Assembly (NCBI GenBank): GCA_965178125.1
Contig: OZ237759.1
Coordinates: 496,001-560,000, forward strand
Source: Bilabrum cf. latius
Taxonomy: Eukaryota
Direction: 5' to 3'
Length of the DNA: 64,000 bases
Shown here: positions 14,548-27,432 of the stretch, in pieces
Position numbering within the stretch: the stretch's first letter is position 1
How the letters are laid out: every line of letters starts with the position of its first letter
Notes under the pieces: model-generated
Databases searched by the model: none
What the model was told of the DNA's origin: nothing
What the model saw: the letters and a program-made list of their open reading frames with translations, nothing else
Position numbers and translations under genes: made by a program

Positions 14548-15794
14548 TCATGTGCTCATCGCGGCCTGCCCACTGCCGCTGCTCGCTGCAGCCGAGGACG
14601 AAGAGGAAGCAGCACCACTGGCAGCGGCAGCAGACCCCTGCTCCTGCTTCTGCGCCTCCCTGTCAGCACTTGCGACCAACTTGGCCTCGATCCACGCCCC
14701 CGCCAGCGCCCCGGCCTCCAATTTCTCCGACCCACCCGCCGCCAGCCTGTACTCCACGTCGGCCATCCGCTCCATCAGCAGCATGCGCATCGCATCCGGA
14801 ATCTTGATTGCCTCGGTCATCACCGCCAAATTCGTGATCAGGTCGCTGAGCGCCAGCCCGTGCACCCGCTGCAGCTCCTGGATGTGCTTGACGGCGGGCC
14901 CAAAGTCCTCGGTGAGCAGCGATTTCATGAGACCAGTCATCTGCTTGGGCGTGGGGTCCCCCGTACATGCGTACACCTCCTCCTCCCCCACCTCATCGAA
15001 TGCCATGGCGGTGCTCTGCAGCACGTTGAGCACCTTCCGCATGTCCCCCTTGGCCAGCCTGAGCACGGCCTTGACGCCCGCATCCGTGGTCTTGAGACCC
15101 TCGGTATCCGCAACACTTCTCAGCCTAGACTCGATTTCAGAGGGGCGCAGGGGAGCAAACCGGAACCGGGTACACCTGCTCTGCAGCGCGGGGATGATCT
15201 TGGAGACATAGTTGCAGATGAGGCAGAACCTCGTGTTCTTGGTGTACTTTTCTATGACCCTCCTGAGGGCGAACTGAGCGTCCGAGGTCATCGCATCTGC
15301 CTCGTCCAATATGACCAGCTTGACGCCCTTGGAGAAGAGCTTCTGCGTGCCTGCAAATTCCTTGATCTGGTGGCGGACCACTCCGATGCCGCGGTCGTCC
15401 GACGCGTTCAGCTCCAGGGTCATCGCCTTGTACTTGCTCTCCCCGTACAGCTGTTTTGCCACTGCTAGAATCGTGCTAGTCTTGCCGGTTCCTGGCGGCC
15501 CATAAAACAGCAGATGCGGCAGCCTGTTTGCCTTGATCAGTCGCGTAACTGCGGTCACGGAGCGGAGCGATACGATAATAGCTCCAATGAATCGACGCAT
15601 GCATGACATGTGAATATGCAATGAAACCATAGGTAACGAGCCTCACTCGTTGAAATAATGTGCTAATGTGCGATCAAATCGCCCAATCCTTTCGGCCTAT
15701 ATTTCTCTACCCAAGGCAAAGACGCGCGCTCTCGCTTGCCTGACGCAGCCGTGGCAGCTCCGCTAGAAGCAGGCATTTCATCACCAGTGTCCAT
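14548..15794 (-). CDS. RFC5: Replication factor C small subunit (RFC5 / yeast Rfc3 type); exons 15794-15647, 15548-14548
   Basis: Motifs LPWVEKYRP, PHLLFYGPPGTGKTST (Walker A), LELNASDDRGI, LDEADAMT, ALQSRCTRFRF and GDMRKVLN. Intron 15646-15549 (GTGAGG...CAG). The in-frame TAG at 15665-15663 falls at the conserved Gln. TGA stop. The exact start codon is uncertain. Confidence 0.93.
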
Positions 15795-16067
15795 GGCCTT
15801 GGACTCAACAACAGGACTGCGAGAGATACAACACAGAAATTGCCATGAGATAGCCATACCTGGCTTGTACTGCAGCAGCAGAAGTGAGGGCACCTGCGCG
15901 AGCGCGACAAATTAACTATAAACAAAAGTTCCTCTCACTCTGTGGAAGCCATTTTACTGCTACAGTCGTCTTGGAATGGCGCAAAGGGGCCAAATTTGAA
16001 TAATTGGTTGCGTGTATTTTTAAGTTGTATTCCGATATAAGCAGCAAAAGGCAACTCTGGCCAAAAC

Positions 16068-17356
16068 ATGAGGTAGCTGTCGCGATTACCGCGCCATGTG
16101 GCCCAATCTTGGTTTTTAAGGTAGCCTAAGTATGGGCTTAGATAGTTTCAGACCAGCCTGCAATCGTTGGCGAGTTCCGATAGGGCAAAGAACCCGGGCG
16201 AGTTCGCAAGCTAGTTCGGTTTCAGCTCTGTTGATGATTAGGACAAGAAAGGAATGGTGCATGACGTATTTCGAAGCGTAGCGGATTCGTGAGTGGCGCT
16301 GATTATCCCCGCGATCTACGCGCACAGATGCCCACCATCGCTGATGTGGCACGACGCTGACTGATCACATCTCCCCGCAGGTATGACGTTATGAACGACT
16401 TAATGAGTGCAGGAGTGCATAGGCTATGGAAGGACGAGTACGTTCGCATGCTAGGACCTACCTGGAATCCCGACGGCACCGCCAATTACCTTGACGTCGC
16501 CGGCGGCACGGGAGACATTTCCTTCCGCATCGCCGACGAGCTCGCTCGCATCCGCTCCTCCAGGGCCCCCTCCGGCCAGGGGCGTGTGATCGTGTGTGAC
16601 ATCAACGCCAACATGCTGCGAGTGGGCGAGCAGCGAGCGCGCGAGGCAGGCAGGCAGGTATCCGAGGACTCCACCTATGACGGGAGGGCTGAGACTTCCT
16701 CCACTGGCACTGGTACTGGCACTGGCACTGGCACTGGCACTGGCACTGGCACTGGCACTGGCACTGGCGACAGCTCTGGGAGCGGGAGCGGGATCGCCCT
16801 GCAGTTCGTGGAGGGGGACGCGGAGCAGCTCCCCTTCGAGGACGGGAGCTTTGACGCTTACACCATCGCATTCGGAATCAGAAATGTGACGAGGCTCGAC
16901 CTCGCCCTCAAGGAGGCCAAGCGGGTGCTGCGGCCCGGGGGAAGGTTCATGTGCCTCGAGTTCTCCCAGGTCACCAACCCAGTGATCGCCCAGGCGTACG
17001 ACACGTATTCCTTCAACGTCATCCCCGCTGTGGGGCAGGCCGTGACGGGAGACAGGGAGGCCTACCAGTACCTGGTGGAGAGCATCCGGAAGTTTCCCTC
17101 GCAGAAGGATTTCGCAGAGATGATGCGGGAGGCCGGCCTCGTGGACGTGTCCTGGACTGATTTTTCGCTTGGCGTGTGCGCGGTGCACTCTGGATTCAGG
17201 GCGCTGGGCGATAAACCGAGCACTGGTGGCAAACCGAGCATGGACGTGGAAACGGACGGAGGGAGCGAGGGCCCCAAGTCAGCCGCAGCGAGTGCAGAGA
17301 CGGATAGTATCGATGGATCTGGCGAAGGATAGGTACCAGAGGAAAAAAGAAGTTGA
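16068..17356 (+). CDS. COQ5: Mitochondrial ubiquinone biosynthesis C-methyltransferase COQ5 (UbiE family); exons 16068-16288, 16381-17356
   Basis: Motifs [83 protein letters not shown] and [12 protein letters not shown]. Exon 1 (Arg-rich presequence) has five in-frame TAGs. Intron 16289-16380. The frame reads through TAG 17330 to TGA 17354-17356. Confidence 0.93.
16703..16768 (+). repeat. (ACTGGC)11 coding microsatellite encoding (Thr-Gly)n inside COQ5
   Basis: Eleven hexamer units with one variant (ACTGGT), in frame. Confidence 0.95.
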
Positions 17357-17634
17357 AGCGAAGGTTGCAGCGGGGTGAGGCGCGAGGGGGAGAGAGAAGG
17401 TATGCAGCTGGGCATTCATGCTTTGGTTTGGATGCCATATCATGGCTTGCGATGGTATGCGTTGTGATGCAGTGCACAGGAAAATCCGGTGGCAAGGCCG
17501 CATTGTAGGCAGCGTTCCCATTCGCTGCAAGTGTTCCGGCGACGATACGTCCACTAGTAGGTTCCGCAGCAATGCGCGGCGCGGTGGCATGCCCAATTCG
17601 TCTGTTTACTCAATCCTGGTGCTTCTCAAGAAAT

Positions 17635-20600
17635 ATGAAACCATTTTAGCGATCACGAATTGCTGTGCGGTAGATAGTTCGAGAGCTTTAGCTGGCAGCG
17701 GCCAGGGCTCCGCTGCGTTCCGGTGGGATGCCCGGCAGCTTAGGGAGCCTTAGTTTGCACAGGCGCACCTTGGCATCGGCTCCAAAGTCAAAGTAGGAGA
17801 GTAATGAGCAACAGAAAGAAAAGAAAGAAGAAGGTTTCAAAGTCATGGAATGGCTCGTTGGAATGGCTGTGATGTATGCTGGGGTGCGGGGCATCATTTC
17901 GTTCATAAACTGGATCCATCCACACGAGCATGAGGCGGACGGAGAGCATGGAGACAAAGGTGATGATACCGATAGCCCCCGCTGGAGAGAGGTGGATCGA
18001 ATTGCCGCGAGAATTGGGGCTCGTATCGCTGCAATGGACGCATCTGGCGTGGTTCCCGCCGCATCGGCCGTAAGCGAGCATGGTGCAGCAGCGCTGGACC
18101 CTCGCGCACGCGTGCACAACCTGCGTGCCGCGTTGCGCGCCGCGGTACATTTCAATTAGGATTGCGAATTGGTTGCTCGGTCTGGTCTTCCCATCGTAGT
18201 CGTGTCGGGCCCGCTCGGTGCAGGCAAGAGCGCTCTTGTGCGAGCAGCGGCAGCCGCCCCCACGGCAACCCCCCATGACCCGAGTACCGACTCCGGCCCA
18301 GCAGCAGAGACAAATCCGAATTTGTCTTGCATTTGGATGTCACTGGCGCAGCCTGCCGACGGCCAGGCAGGGGGGATTGCCGGTGGGGCGGCGGGCGAGC
18401 ATGACTTCGATCTGGCCGAGACCAGCGGCGGCGCCGCGCGCCTGCTGGACCGGTTGCAACCGGTTTCGTGGGGCACCTTGACCGCCGCCCTGCAGGCCGC
18501 ATCCCCCCTGGGCCCCTCCCAGCAGCAGCAGCATCAACAGGGTTCCGGATCCCCGACATCTGCGGCCAAGCGACCTCAGTCCGGTGCTGTGGCAGGGTCA
18601 GGGTCAGGTGCAGGTGCAGGGTCAGGGTCGGGATCTGACGAGGTGTCCGATGCATTCGCCGCGGCTCGAGACCTCTTCCGCTCCCTGGCAAATTCGGCTC
18701 CGAGTCCGCCCAGCGGCACTGCCACTGCCGCCGGAGCCGGGACGGACTCAGGCGCCTCTGCTGATGCCAAGCCCATCCCGGCACAAGCCCCCCCCGCCCC
18801 CGCCCCCTTGCTTGCAGTGGACCTCGGCAGCCGCACCCTCCTTCCCAGGGGGTGTGACGACGGACTGCACTGCATTGCAGCGCTGGGCGCCAGCCGTCGG
18901 CAGGCCAGGGAGGCCGTGGCGGACTCGTGGGATGCCCTCGGGGATGGGGCTGCCCCTCTGGACGTGGCACTCAGGGCCGTGTCTGTGCTGGAGGGGAGGG
19001 CCGCGGCGGCTGCGGAACCAATGCGCGGTGCCGGTTCCGTGAGTGGCGCCGCGCAGGCGGGCCCCGTGCTCGCCCAGGTTCTCGAGGTGGCCGCCGCCGC
19101 CGGCCTCGCCGTGCCCGTGGTGGCCGGCCGGGAGAGTTCCGGTTTTGGGGTCGACGTGTCTTCGGAGTCGGTGGTTGGGGAACAGGGCCCTGACGGGTGC
19201 GTCACGGTGCGGCCTGTGTTCCCTGGGATCCCCGTAGAGGAAGCGGGTGCTGCGCTGCGACGACCATCAGAAGGGGGAGGAAGGGCGGGGGGAGACGGGG
19301 AGGCGCAAGAGGGGGGCGCCGTTTCGGATTCCAGGGAGATTCGGCTCCGAGTAGGTCCCTACCCTTTGCACCCAGAGGTGGCCAAAGACGTGCGCCATCT
19401 GGTTGCAACCAACGTTGAGGTGCAGGGAGAGTCCTCGCAGGCAGGCGGCGCGGGCACTGCTCAGCACGAGGGCGGGGACTCCGGCGGTTCCGCAGGGAAC
19501 AGCGGCAGCGGCAATGACGGTAAGGGTGTGGACAAGACCCAGGAGCAGCAGCAGCTGGCAGAGCGCACATCGCACCAGATTGCTGCGCTGGCTTGGAGGT
19601 ATGCGGCTGGACACCCGGGCGAGATGCTGCTGCTGCTGAGGGCATGCGAGGCCATCTTAGAGGCCAGGGCCAGGGAACAAAAGGGAGGTAAGGCGGCGGC
19701 GTCTGCCGGTGCAGGCTCAGGCACGGGGCAGGGCCAGGGCTCTGGGCAGCAGCAGCAGCAGCAGCAGGGAAAGGAGAAACAGGGGCGGAGGGGGCGGCAA
19801 CCTCGGAACCAGTGGTGGCAGGGGCAGAGCTCAACGGATAGGGCCCTGCTGCTCGCGGACCAGGCTTGGTCGCAGATCGTAGACGCGCGCATGGCCCAGC
19901 TCCGGGAACTATTCGTGCCCAGCGAAGGTGCGGGCCGCTCTGACGTGGGATCGGATCAGGCTAGGGCACAGGCTCAGGGTATCGTGCTTCCGTCGGTCCC
20001 GGGAGCCAGCACCGCCAGCCCTGCTGTCACCTCCACCACCACCCAGGGAAGAACGGGCCATGACTATGATTCGGGGAACAGCGCAGGTGCTGATTCTCTG
20101 GAGGCGCTTGTCTCCGCCTACGCGTGTCTCTCCGCCGTCACAGGGTACAAGGACCCCGTGGGCATCCCCCAGGTCAGGAGCTGGCACGACGGTGACCCCG
20201 ATGCGGGGGCAGTGGAAACCACCGGTGGATTCTGCCTGGTCCCTGGGGGCGGAGAGATTCCTCCTCGCGGCTCCGGATCCGTGGACCACCTCGAGGTCGA
20301 CGGTGACGCGCTGACGAGTGTGCTCGGTCGACTGGACGCCTCCCTGCTGAAGCAGTGGCCCGACGGCGGCGCCGCAGCCGTGTTCCGCAGGCCCGACGGC
20401 ACCGAGGCCCCCATTGGCGCGCAGGCTCGCGTGCTGCCCCGGGTGCAGGCAGTGCACGCCGCCCTGCAAAGAGGCCTGCTGTGGGAGGCGCCCATCGGCG
20501 AGGGGGCAGACAGGAAGCTGGCCAAAGAGGGGGGCGGCGACACGGCTGCCAACGGCGGCGTCACAGACGAAGGATCAGCTAACCAAGATAAGAGAGATAA

Positions 20601-21558
20601 CGGAGAGTCCACGGCCGGCTAGGAAGGTCCAAGTCCCGGGTTCGAGCCCCGGCACGAGGAGCAGACGGCCTTGCTGGTGCGTCCCTCTGTGGGCCACGCG
20701 TTCAGGGCACTGCAGCAGGACCCCCGATTCGTGACCTCGATGCAGACTGCGGGCAAGGGCGTGGCACTCAGGGACGACGCGGCGGGGATGGACCGGAGGG
20801 TGGCGGATCACTGCATTGCGGTGCGGCTGTGGCAGTCGGCCCGCAGCGTGTTCCTGGCCTCTGCAGAGGCGGGTGTGCTGGACGAGGCGGCCAAGCGGGA
20901 GGTGGAGATAGAGCTATGGGCCACCTTGGACTCCCTACGGGGAGAGGCCGAGACGCTGCGGAGGGCCATGGAGGGGCTGGAGCTGGTCCTGGACTACGTG
21001 TGCAAGCGTAAGGGGTACAGCATCATGATCGGGGGGGTAGGCGCGGCGGCACACGGCCAGGGCCAAGGCGGACCAGGCGGTGCTGTGAGCCACAACAGCA
21101 TGCGCAGGGTTGAAGACGCCGTGGGCGCTGAGCTGGGCTCCTTCATGGCCGGGGTGGAGGACCTCGGGGGGGTCAGCGTGGGGGTCGTGCGCGGCGCCGC
21201 GCGAAGCGGTTCCGCAAATCGAAACGCGTTGGAGGAGGGTCTGGAAGATGCCGTCGGTCGGGCCGCCGCCAGCCTCGATTTCGCGCGCAAGAGGCTCAGA
21301 ACCGGCGGGGCGTCTCGGCTGGTGGCCCGTGGCGGTGACGGGGGCCCAGCGGCGGGCGAGACTGACGAGGACAAGGAGGCCGCCCAGGTCGGAGTCCCTG
21401 CGGAGTACATGGGCCCGGACGGGCTCTTCAACCCGCCGCGAGGATCGGCCGCGCATCGAGTCATGAGTGCCCTGCGGCTGGGCATGGCAGCGAGTGCCGC
21501 GAGGGCCCAGTCGGCAGGGGAGGAATCATCTGAGCATCCTGCGTAGGGGCGGCAGTGA
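17635..21558 (+). CDS. Hypothetical P-loop-containing membrane protein, probably mitochondrial (~1,307 aa, single exon)
   Basis: ORFs 17845..18159, 18169..20622 and 20671..21546 are in frame and separated only by TAG; TGA at 21556-21558. The N-terminus MKPFQRSRIAVRQIVRELQLAAARAPLR resembles a presequence. It is followed by a hydrophobic segment (WLVGMAVMYAGVRGIISFINWI) and a Walker A-like motif (VVVSGPLGAGKSALV). Confidence 0.75.
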
Positions 21559-22732
21559 ACCGGCGCTATAGCATGCCAGGGATCCCGCATCGAGCCGTAA
21601 TTGTGCTCGACAGCTTTTCTGGTGCATGTTTGCACAGCATTAGTTTACTTTTTAAGGTGCTCAAGGTGATTGTTCTGCTCAGCTGTACCTACGACCGTAG
21701 CCAAGGCCAGTCCGAGATTCAAGGCTAAATACACGTACTATCAGCAATCCCATATGTTTGTCTTCGTGATGCCTGCATCAAGACAGAAAATTGATTTGCA
21801 TTACATGATTTGACTCATAGCGGGCAAGTGGATCATGCAAGATACTGCGGTGTGTCCAGCTTGCAAGACGTGCGAAGCTTGGTCGCAAGCTTGGTCGCAA
21901 GCAAAGATATGGCGGTGCGCACCCGCAGTCGGCATTGCGACCCCCAGGCGACGAGGTCCAGGTGAAAAATCGATTGCAAACAAACGGCTTAGGAGCTCAA
22001 GTCAACCATCTAGAGTTTCCAACCGTGAGAGAAACCCTGCTGGCTCAGCAAGTACTACAAATCCTCCCGAGTGACAGTGCGGTTCCAGCCGTGCCACTAC
22101 CAGTTTACCATTCCCATTCCTACTTGGTGGCTCCAATTGTATACAATACCTAATTTTGTTTCCTGTCTCGTCATTGGTGTCGTAATTTGGTTTACGTTGG
22201 TTGAAGAGGTGCATGCCAAGCGGCAAGGTCGGATTGTTCTTGAAATGCTATTTATTCTCGCCTCCCTGCCCCACGTGTACTTAAATGGATACTATGTTGT
22301 TACTAATAGTGTTTAATATAGATTTTAGCCCTTGATTGTAGGTTGGCTCCTCTTTGACGACGGTATCATGGTTTGCAACCATCGCACTTAGAAGACTGGC
22401 TCTGCCAGCCTCGGCGCCACGCCCCCTGCCTCTCAAGTCTGGATGGCACGATTGTTTTGCCAAGCAGCGGAATTCATGACGTTTAATACTTTGAATACTA
22501 TCAACTGCGCAGACGAATACCTGTAATATCACCGGCTGACGGCCCAGCGATCGGTTTCCTCAAGGCGGCGTAGTCAGAAGAACTGTGTCCACCCAGCGCC
22601 CCAGGCGACCGCTACCACCTTATTGGCGAGCTAAAAGCGATAAACTTCGCACGTACTTGCTTTTTTCCGCTTGCATCGTCTTGCTGCTGCGGATAGCAGT
22701 GGACCAACAAAACCGCAGTTCACACTGGCTCG

Positions 22733-23718
22733 ATGAGTTCTGCTGATTCCAAGAGGGGGGATAGTCCGATCGAGCATGTCGCGAAACCTGTAATATAGTG
22801 TGAGGATGCATTTGCGAACTGCCTGACTTCTTTCGGGTATGCTGGCTTGATTTGCTTTTGTGGTGACCAAACGCGAACAGACTTTACCGCCCATGCATCG
22901 CAGCAAGCAGCTCGCTCACCTTCCAAAGTGTAAGCAAACATTTGACAGATCCGTTGTATGCTGCTACAACCGGAAGATTTGGAGAAGGGCTTCAGATCGA
23001 GCTGGATGAAGATTCGAGGTCATTCAAGATCAGGTTCGACAATGTAGTTGTCAAAGAACGGATTGGGAAGCACCTCACGTGTGCTTGGCGCGCGGCAATT
23101 CGTTGCGCTGCCTCTGAGGAAGAAGTACTCGAGCGCCACGAAGTTAATCGGCGATGTAAGGTGGTTGCGTTCCGAGGCGATGACCTTTTGGCCGCCCTGT
23201 CCGGCGACCATGATACCTACACGGATATCTTGGAGGCCTATCGCGCCCTGCAAGGCACTTCAGGCAGCCCAGAGGAAGGTAAAGATACAGATGGTGTAGT
23301 CGCGCCAACGGAAGGGGCGGGGAAGGAAGGAGGTGACACCGCCGTGGTCGACTCGAACGAGACCGCAGCGTCAGTCGCGGATCTGCCAACCTCTTCCTCC
23401 TCCTCCACTTCCCTTGCCTTGACGACCCCATCATCGTCGTCGGTAGCATCAGCATCAGGGTCGTCATCGCCGTCCGCTGCATCGACATGGGTCTTTGCCC
23501 GGCCACCACATGGGCCCAAGGCAGCGCCGGAGCATGGACTGGCCACTGGCGGAACCGATACCGGCACCGGGCGCGGCGCCAGCATCGTAGCCGGGACTAC
23601 AGCGGCAGCAGTAGTGAGCGGTGCTTCATCGCCATCCGCCCCAGCCTCATCCTCACTACAACCAGCACCAGCGAGCAGCACCCCCCCTTCCATGCAGAGC
23701 GAGTTGCGAGATGACGGT

Positions 23719-23751
<33 letters not shown>

Positions 23752-24996
23752 ACTGCGTGCACCGCACTCGGGCCCTCATCCACCCCTGCACCTGCACCTG
23801 CACCTGCACCTGCACCTGCACCTGCACCTGCACCTGCACCTGCACCTGCACCTGCACCTGCACCTGCACCTGCACCTGCACCTGCACCTGCACCTGCACC
23901 TGCACCTGCACCTGCACCTGCACCTGCACCCGCACCTGCACCTGTACCTGCACCTGCACCTGCACCTGCACCTGCACCTGCACCTGCACCTGTACCTGCA
24001 CCTGCACCCGCACCTGCACCTACACCCGCACCTGCACCTGCACCCGCACCTGCACTCGGACAAGGGCAAGGAGAAGAACAAGAACAAGAACAAGGGCCAA
24101 AGACTCCACCCGATGCGTCGATCACGGCACCTGCACCTGCCATCAAGCATTACAACGTGCCGCTGTACCTAGGCCAGGCCTTCCTCCACGCCAAGCAGGG
24201 CACATACGGCAAGAGCATGACGCTGACCCTCGGTCCAGAGCCCACCTCGCCTTGGGCCATGCTCTTTGACAACACGCTGCTCAACAGAAGCGTGGGCTAC
24301 ATACGGTCGGGGGGCTGGCGAGCGGCAGTGCGTAGAGTGGCCGACTCGGAGCGGAATCTCAACCAGATTTCGCCCAGAACAACCGCCCGCATAGTGGAGT
24401 TCCGGGGGTCAGACCTGGCTGCGGCACTGCGATTCTGCGGCCAGATGCTGCTCGACCTGGGCTACTCGGCGGAGGAGGTGCGCCGGTGCGTGCCAGCGGA
24501 TCGGCTGGTGCTACTCGTGGGTGAAGAGCCGCCCATCGTGACGAGTGTGTCCTCTTCATCTGCACCTGCACCTGCACCTGCACCTGCACCTGCACCTGCA
24601 CCTGCACCTGCACCTGCCCCACCATGCAGTCCTGCTGCAACTTCAGCTGCCACGACGACAAAGCAGTTATCTAAAGGCATGCCGGTGGCAAGCACGCCAA
24701 TGGCTGCCACCGGCGACGCCCAGTCGGAACCATCGAGCGGCAAGTCAGGCGCCATTGGGAATGCTCCAGTCGCCAGTAGTGCCGCTTCAGCCGAGACAGA
24801 CGTGGTTCTGAGACCAGTCTCTCAAACGCAGGCCGGGGAACTGCCTGTGGTGACGAGCAACTCGGCATGGCTTGCGTGGCAGCTGCCCAGCAGTCATTTC
24901 ACGCAGCTTCCAGCCGTTGCTGCGGAGCATCATCACAGCTTGACCGCGCCTGCTTTAAACATGTCTGACTCGGGCGTTGGGGGAACCTCAGCAGCA

Positions 24997-25028
<32 letters not shown>

Positions 25029-27201
25029 CTCACAGTCATCGTATGTAGTGCCACCGTCATCCTCGTTGTCCAGGGTCGTTAGTCAGGACTCGAAGTCTGC
25101 CGTGGTGTTGGAATCCACCATTGCCCATTCGCCTATCCACGCTGCGATGGGGCCGCACACGAGCCCACGGATGGGCTTGCTGCCGCCGAAGGTGATTGTA
25201 GTCCCTAGCAGCCCCAACACGACGGACAGCACTGGATCGGTCGCTTCCAACGATGAGTCTGACAGGCGTGCATTGCCGCTGTAGTTTCGAGACACTCTGT
25301 GGCAGGGTGACGCGCCATAGTCAGAGCAGGCGCAGCCCGAGCAGCAGCAGCAGCACCGGGCACACAAGGAGCGCCAGGAGATGGAAAGGCGCAAGCAGAA
25401 CCAATCGGAGCAGCTGTTGCGAGCACAGGAGCTACAACGACAGCAGCAAGAGCGGCAACAGCACGAGCTAAAGATGAAACTAGAGCAATAGAAAGTTGAG
25501 CAGCAGGAGCAGCAGAGGGCGCAACAGAAGCAGCAGCAGGAGTACTCGCAGATGGCACTGGCGCCCATCCCACCTCCTCTTCCACCCTCCCCGAACGAGG
25601 GAGCAACTGTTGCATCTTCAACTGGACCAGATGGTCGTGCTGCCTCCACAACCCAACAGCACCACGCTGGCACGGCCTCATCTGGAAGCGGGCCTTCGAA
25701 TGCTCGCCCGGCATATGCATCTGACATGTCGCCCACCGTCGGAAATTCTTCCTCTGCTACTAGCAGGCGACCCACGGTCACATTTGAGCAGTCGAGTCCG
25801 ATCGGCAGCAAGCGAACCCGGCCTCTCTCCACTGGAGGGACCAACGGGAGCGCAGCTGCTCAGAAGTTCCTGCTGCTAGACCCTGCAGCATCAGCTGGCG
25901 GCACTACGACCTCGAGCAAGCCCAAGACCAAGCCGCATGGGACTGCCACCGGGAAGAAGAAGAAGGCCACTGCCGCAGCCAGTCGCCCCACTAGGACGTA
26001 CTCGACGCGTCCTCGCAATATGTCCATCGTGCAACGGCTCCAGCTGTCGTCGGGCAAGGGGCCCAAGGACGCCGGTGATGCTGTGGCACCCCGTAGTAAG
26101 CGCCCCAGGATCTCTGCAGAGTCCAGCACGAGAGACCGCATCCAGAACCTGACCATCGCAAGCACGCCAAGTGCTACATACGCACCACGTGCAGGAGCGG
26201 GAGCAGGAGCAGACTCTTGCCAAAGGTTCCCAGTTTCGCACCAGACGTCGCAGGCATCTGGCTGGAACGCGATTCTCGATCCGAACTCGATATCAACCGC
26301 CCCAGTCCCAGGCTCTCCAGAATTGGATATGGTAGGCGCACTCAAAGGGCTGCAGGCACTGTCCAGCGTTGCGAACAAGAAGCAGGTCAATGCGGCATCC
26401 GCCAAGAGTGCTCAAGCCGGCGGGCGAGCAGCAGCCGGCCTCGCCAACGGCGCTAGACAGGGCAAGCCAGTGTCAAAGGGTGCCGGGCCTGTCGTCATAG
26501 TTCAAAGCGGTCAAGGGCAGGCAGGTGCTGCAGGTGCTGGCCGACGTGTAATTGTCGTCACTAGCTCTGGACAATTCATCGTGAGCAGCAACTCTTCGCA
26601 CATGCAGAGCGTTGCGGCTCAGCAAGTCCCGTTGCACCCGGCGACAGGTGGGGTGCCCCAAACATAGAAAGGGGCCCAGCTCATGCTAATTCCGAATGAG
26701 CATGTCTCCTAGGTCAGGCAGGCCATTTAGATGCGCCAGGTGCAGCAGGTGCGCCAGGTGCAGCCCATGCAGATGCAGCTGCGACCTGTGCAGATGCCAG
26801 GCCAAGTGCAAGCGACGCAATCCGGATCGATGCAGCAAGTGCAATATGTGCAGGTGCCTCAGGCCTAGCCGTAGTTCGTGCAGATGCAGCAGGTACCAAT
26901 GCAACCCATGCCAATCCAGTCTGTGCCGGTGTAGGGAGCGCAGCCGTATCCTCCTTCCCAGGGATAGGTGCAGTTCTACACCATGCCGCAGCAGGGCAGT
27001 CGAAGTGGGGCCAGCTTCGTCCCACTGTCTGGACCAATGGTGGCACCCGCAGGGCAGCAGATAATCATGCAGCCAATGCACTCAGTGCAGATGGGAGGTG
27101 TCCCAAGCGCACCTGTGCCGTAGCGATTCATCGCTCTCCCATCCGGGGCTGCTGGTCAGGCTCCGCAGCAGGCGATGGGACACTACGTGCTGTAGGGCTA
27201 A
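22733..27201 (+). CDS. Pro/Ala-, Ser- and Gln-rich protein with two copies of an unidentified ~85-aa domain (possible transcriptional regulator)
   Basis: One continuous frame from about 22911 through ORFs 22942..25284 and 25552..26667 to TAA 27199-27201, interrupted only by TAG. The first exon (ATG 22733-22836, intron to about 22910) is tentative. Confidence 0.75.
23785..24054 (+). repeat. (CCTGCA)~45 coding microsatellite encoding (Pro-Ala)n; a shorter array lies at ~24562-24618
   Basis: Hexamer array seen directly, with a few variant units (CCCGCA, CCTGTA, CCTACA). Confidence 0.97.
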
Positions 27202-27432
27202 ATGCTCCGGCTGCTGTCATCAGCGGTTAGCAGTGCCTTTTCAATTTACTGACTTTTGGCCGACCCGGACCTGGTGTAGACTAGAATTGATGACCTGGTC
27301 CAGAGCCTGGTTGATCTTTTGTCAAAAATATCAAGACAATTACTCTGCTCAACCCCAAACAGAATTTGACCTAGCACCCTCGGATTCCATCCGACCCCAA
27401 AACTACTATCCAATCGGGATCCGGTGTGCAAA

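Noticed and set aside
21600-22700. AT-richer stretch with protein-like minus-strand fragments (e.g. LGIVYNWSHQVGMGMVNWQWHGWNRTVTREDLQYLL)
   Set aside because: The frames I read contain TAA/TGA stops, and I could build no consistent exon model or family assignment. It may be a decayed gene or a foreign insert.
23597-24269. Poly-(HL), (CT), (VQ) and (CR) ORFs
   Set aside because: They are alternative frames of the (CCTGCA)n microsatellite; the coding frame is (PA)n.
26686-27081. Cys-rich (26696..27064) and His/Leu-rich (26686..27081) small ORFs resembling metallothionein-like peptides
   Set aside because: They are off-frame readings of the Gln-rich tail of the 22733-27201 gene.
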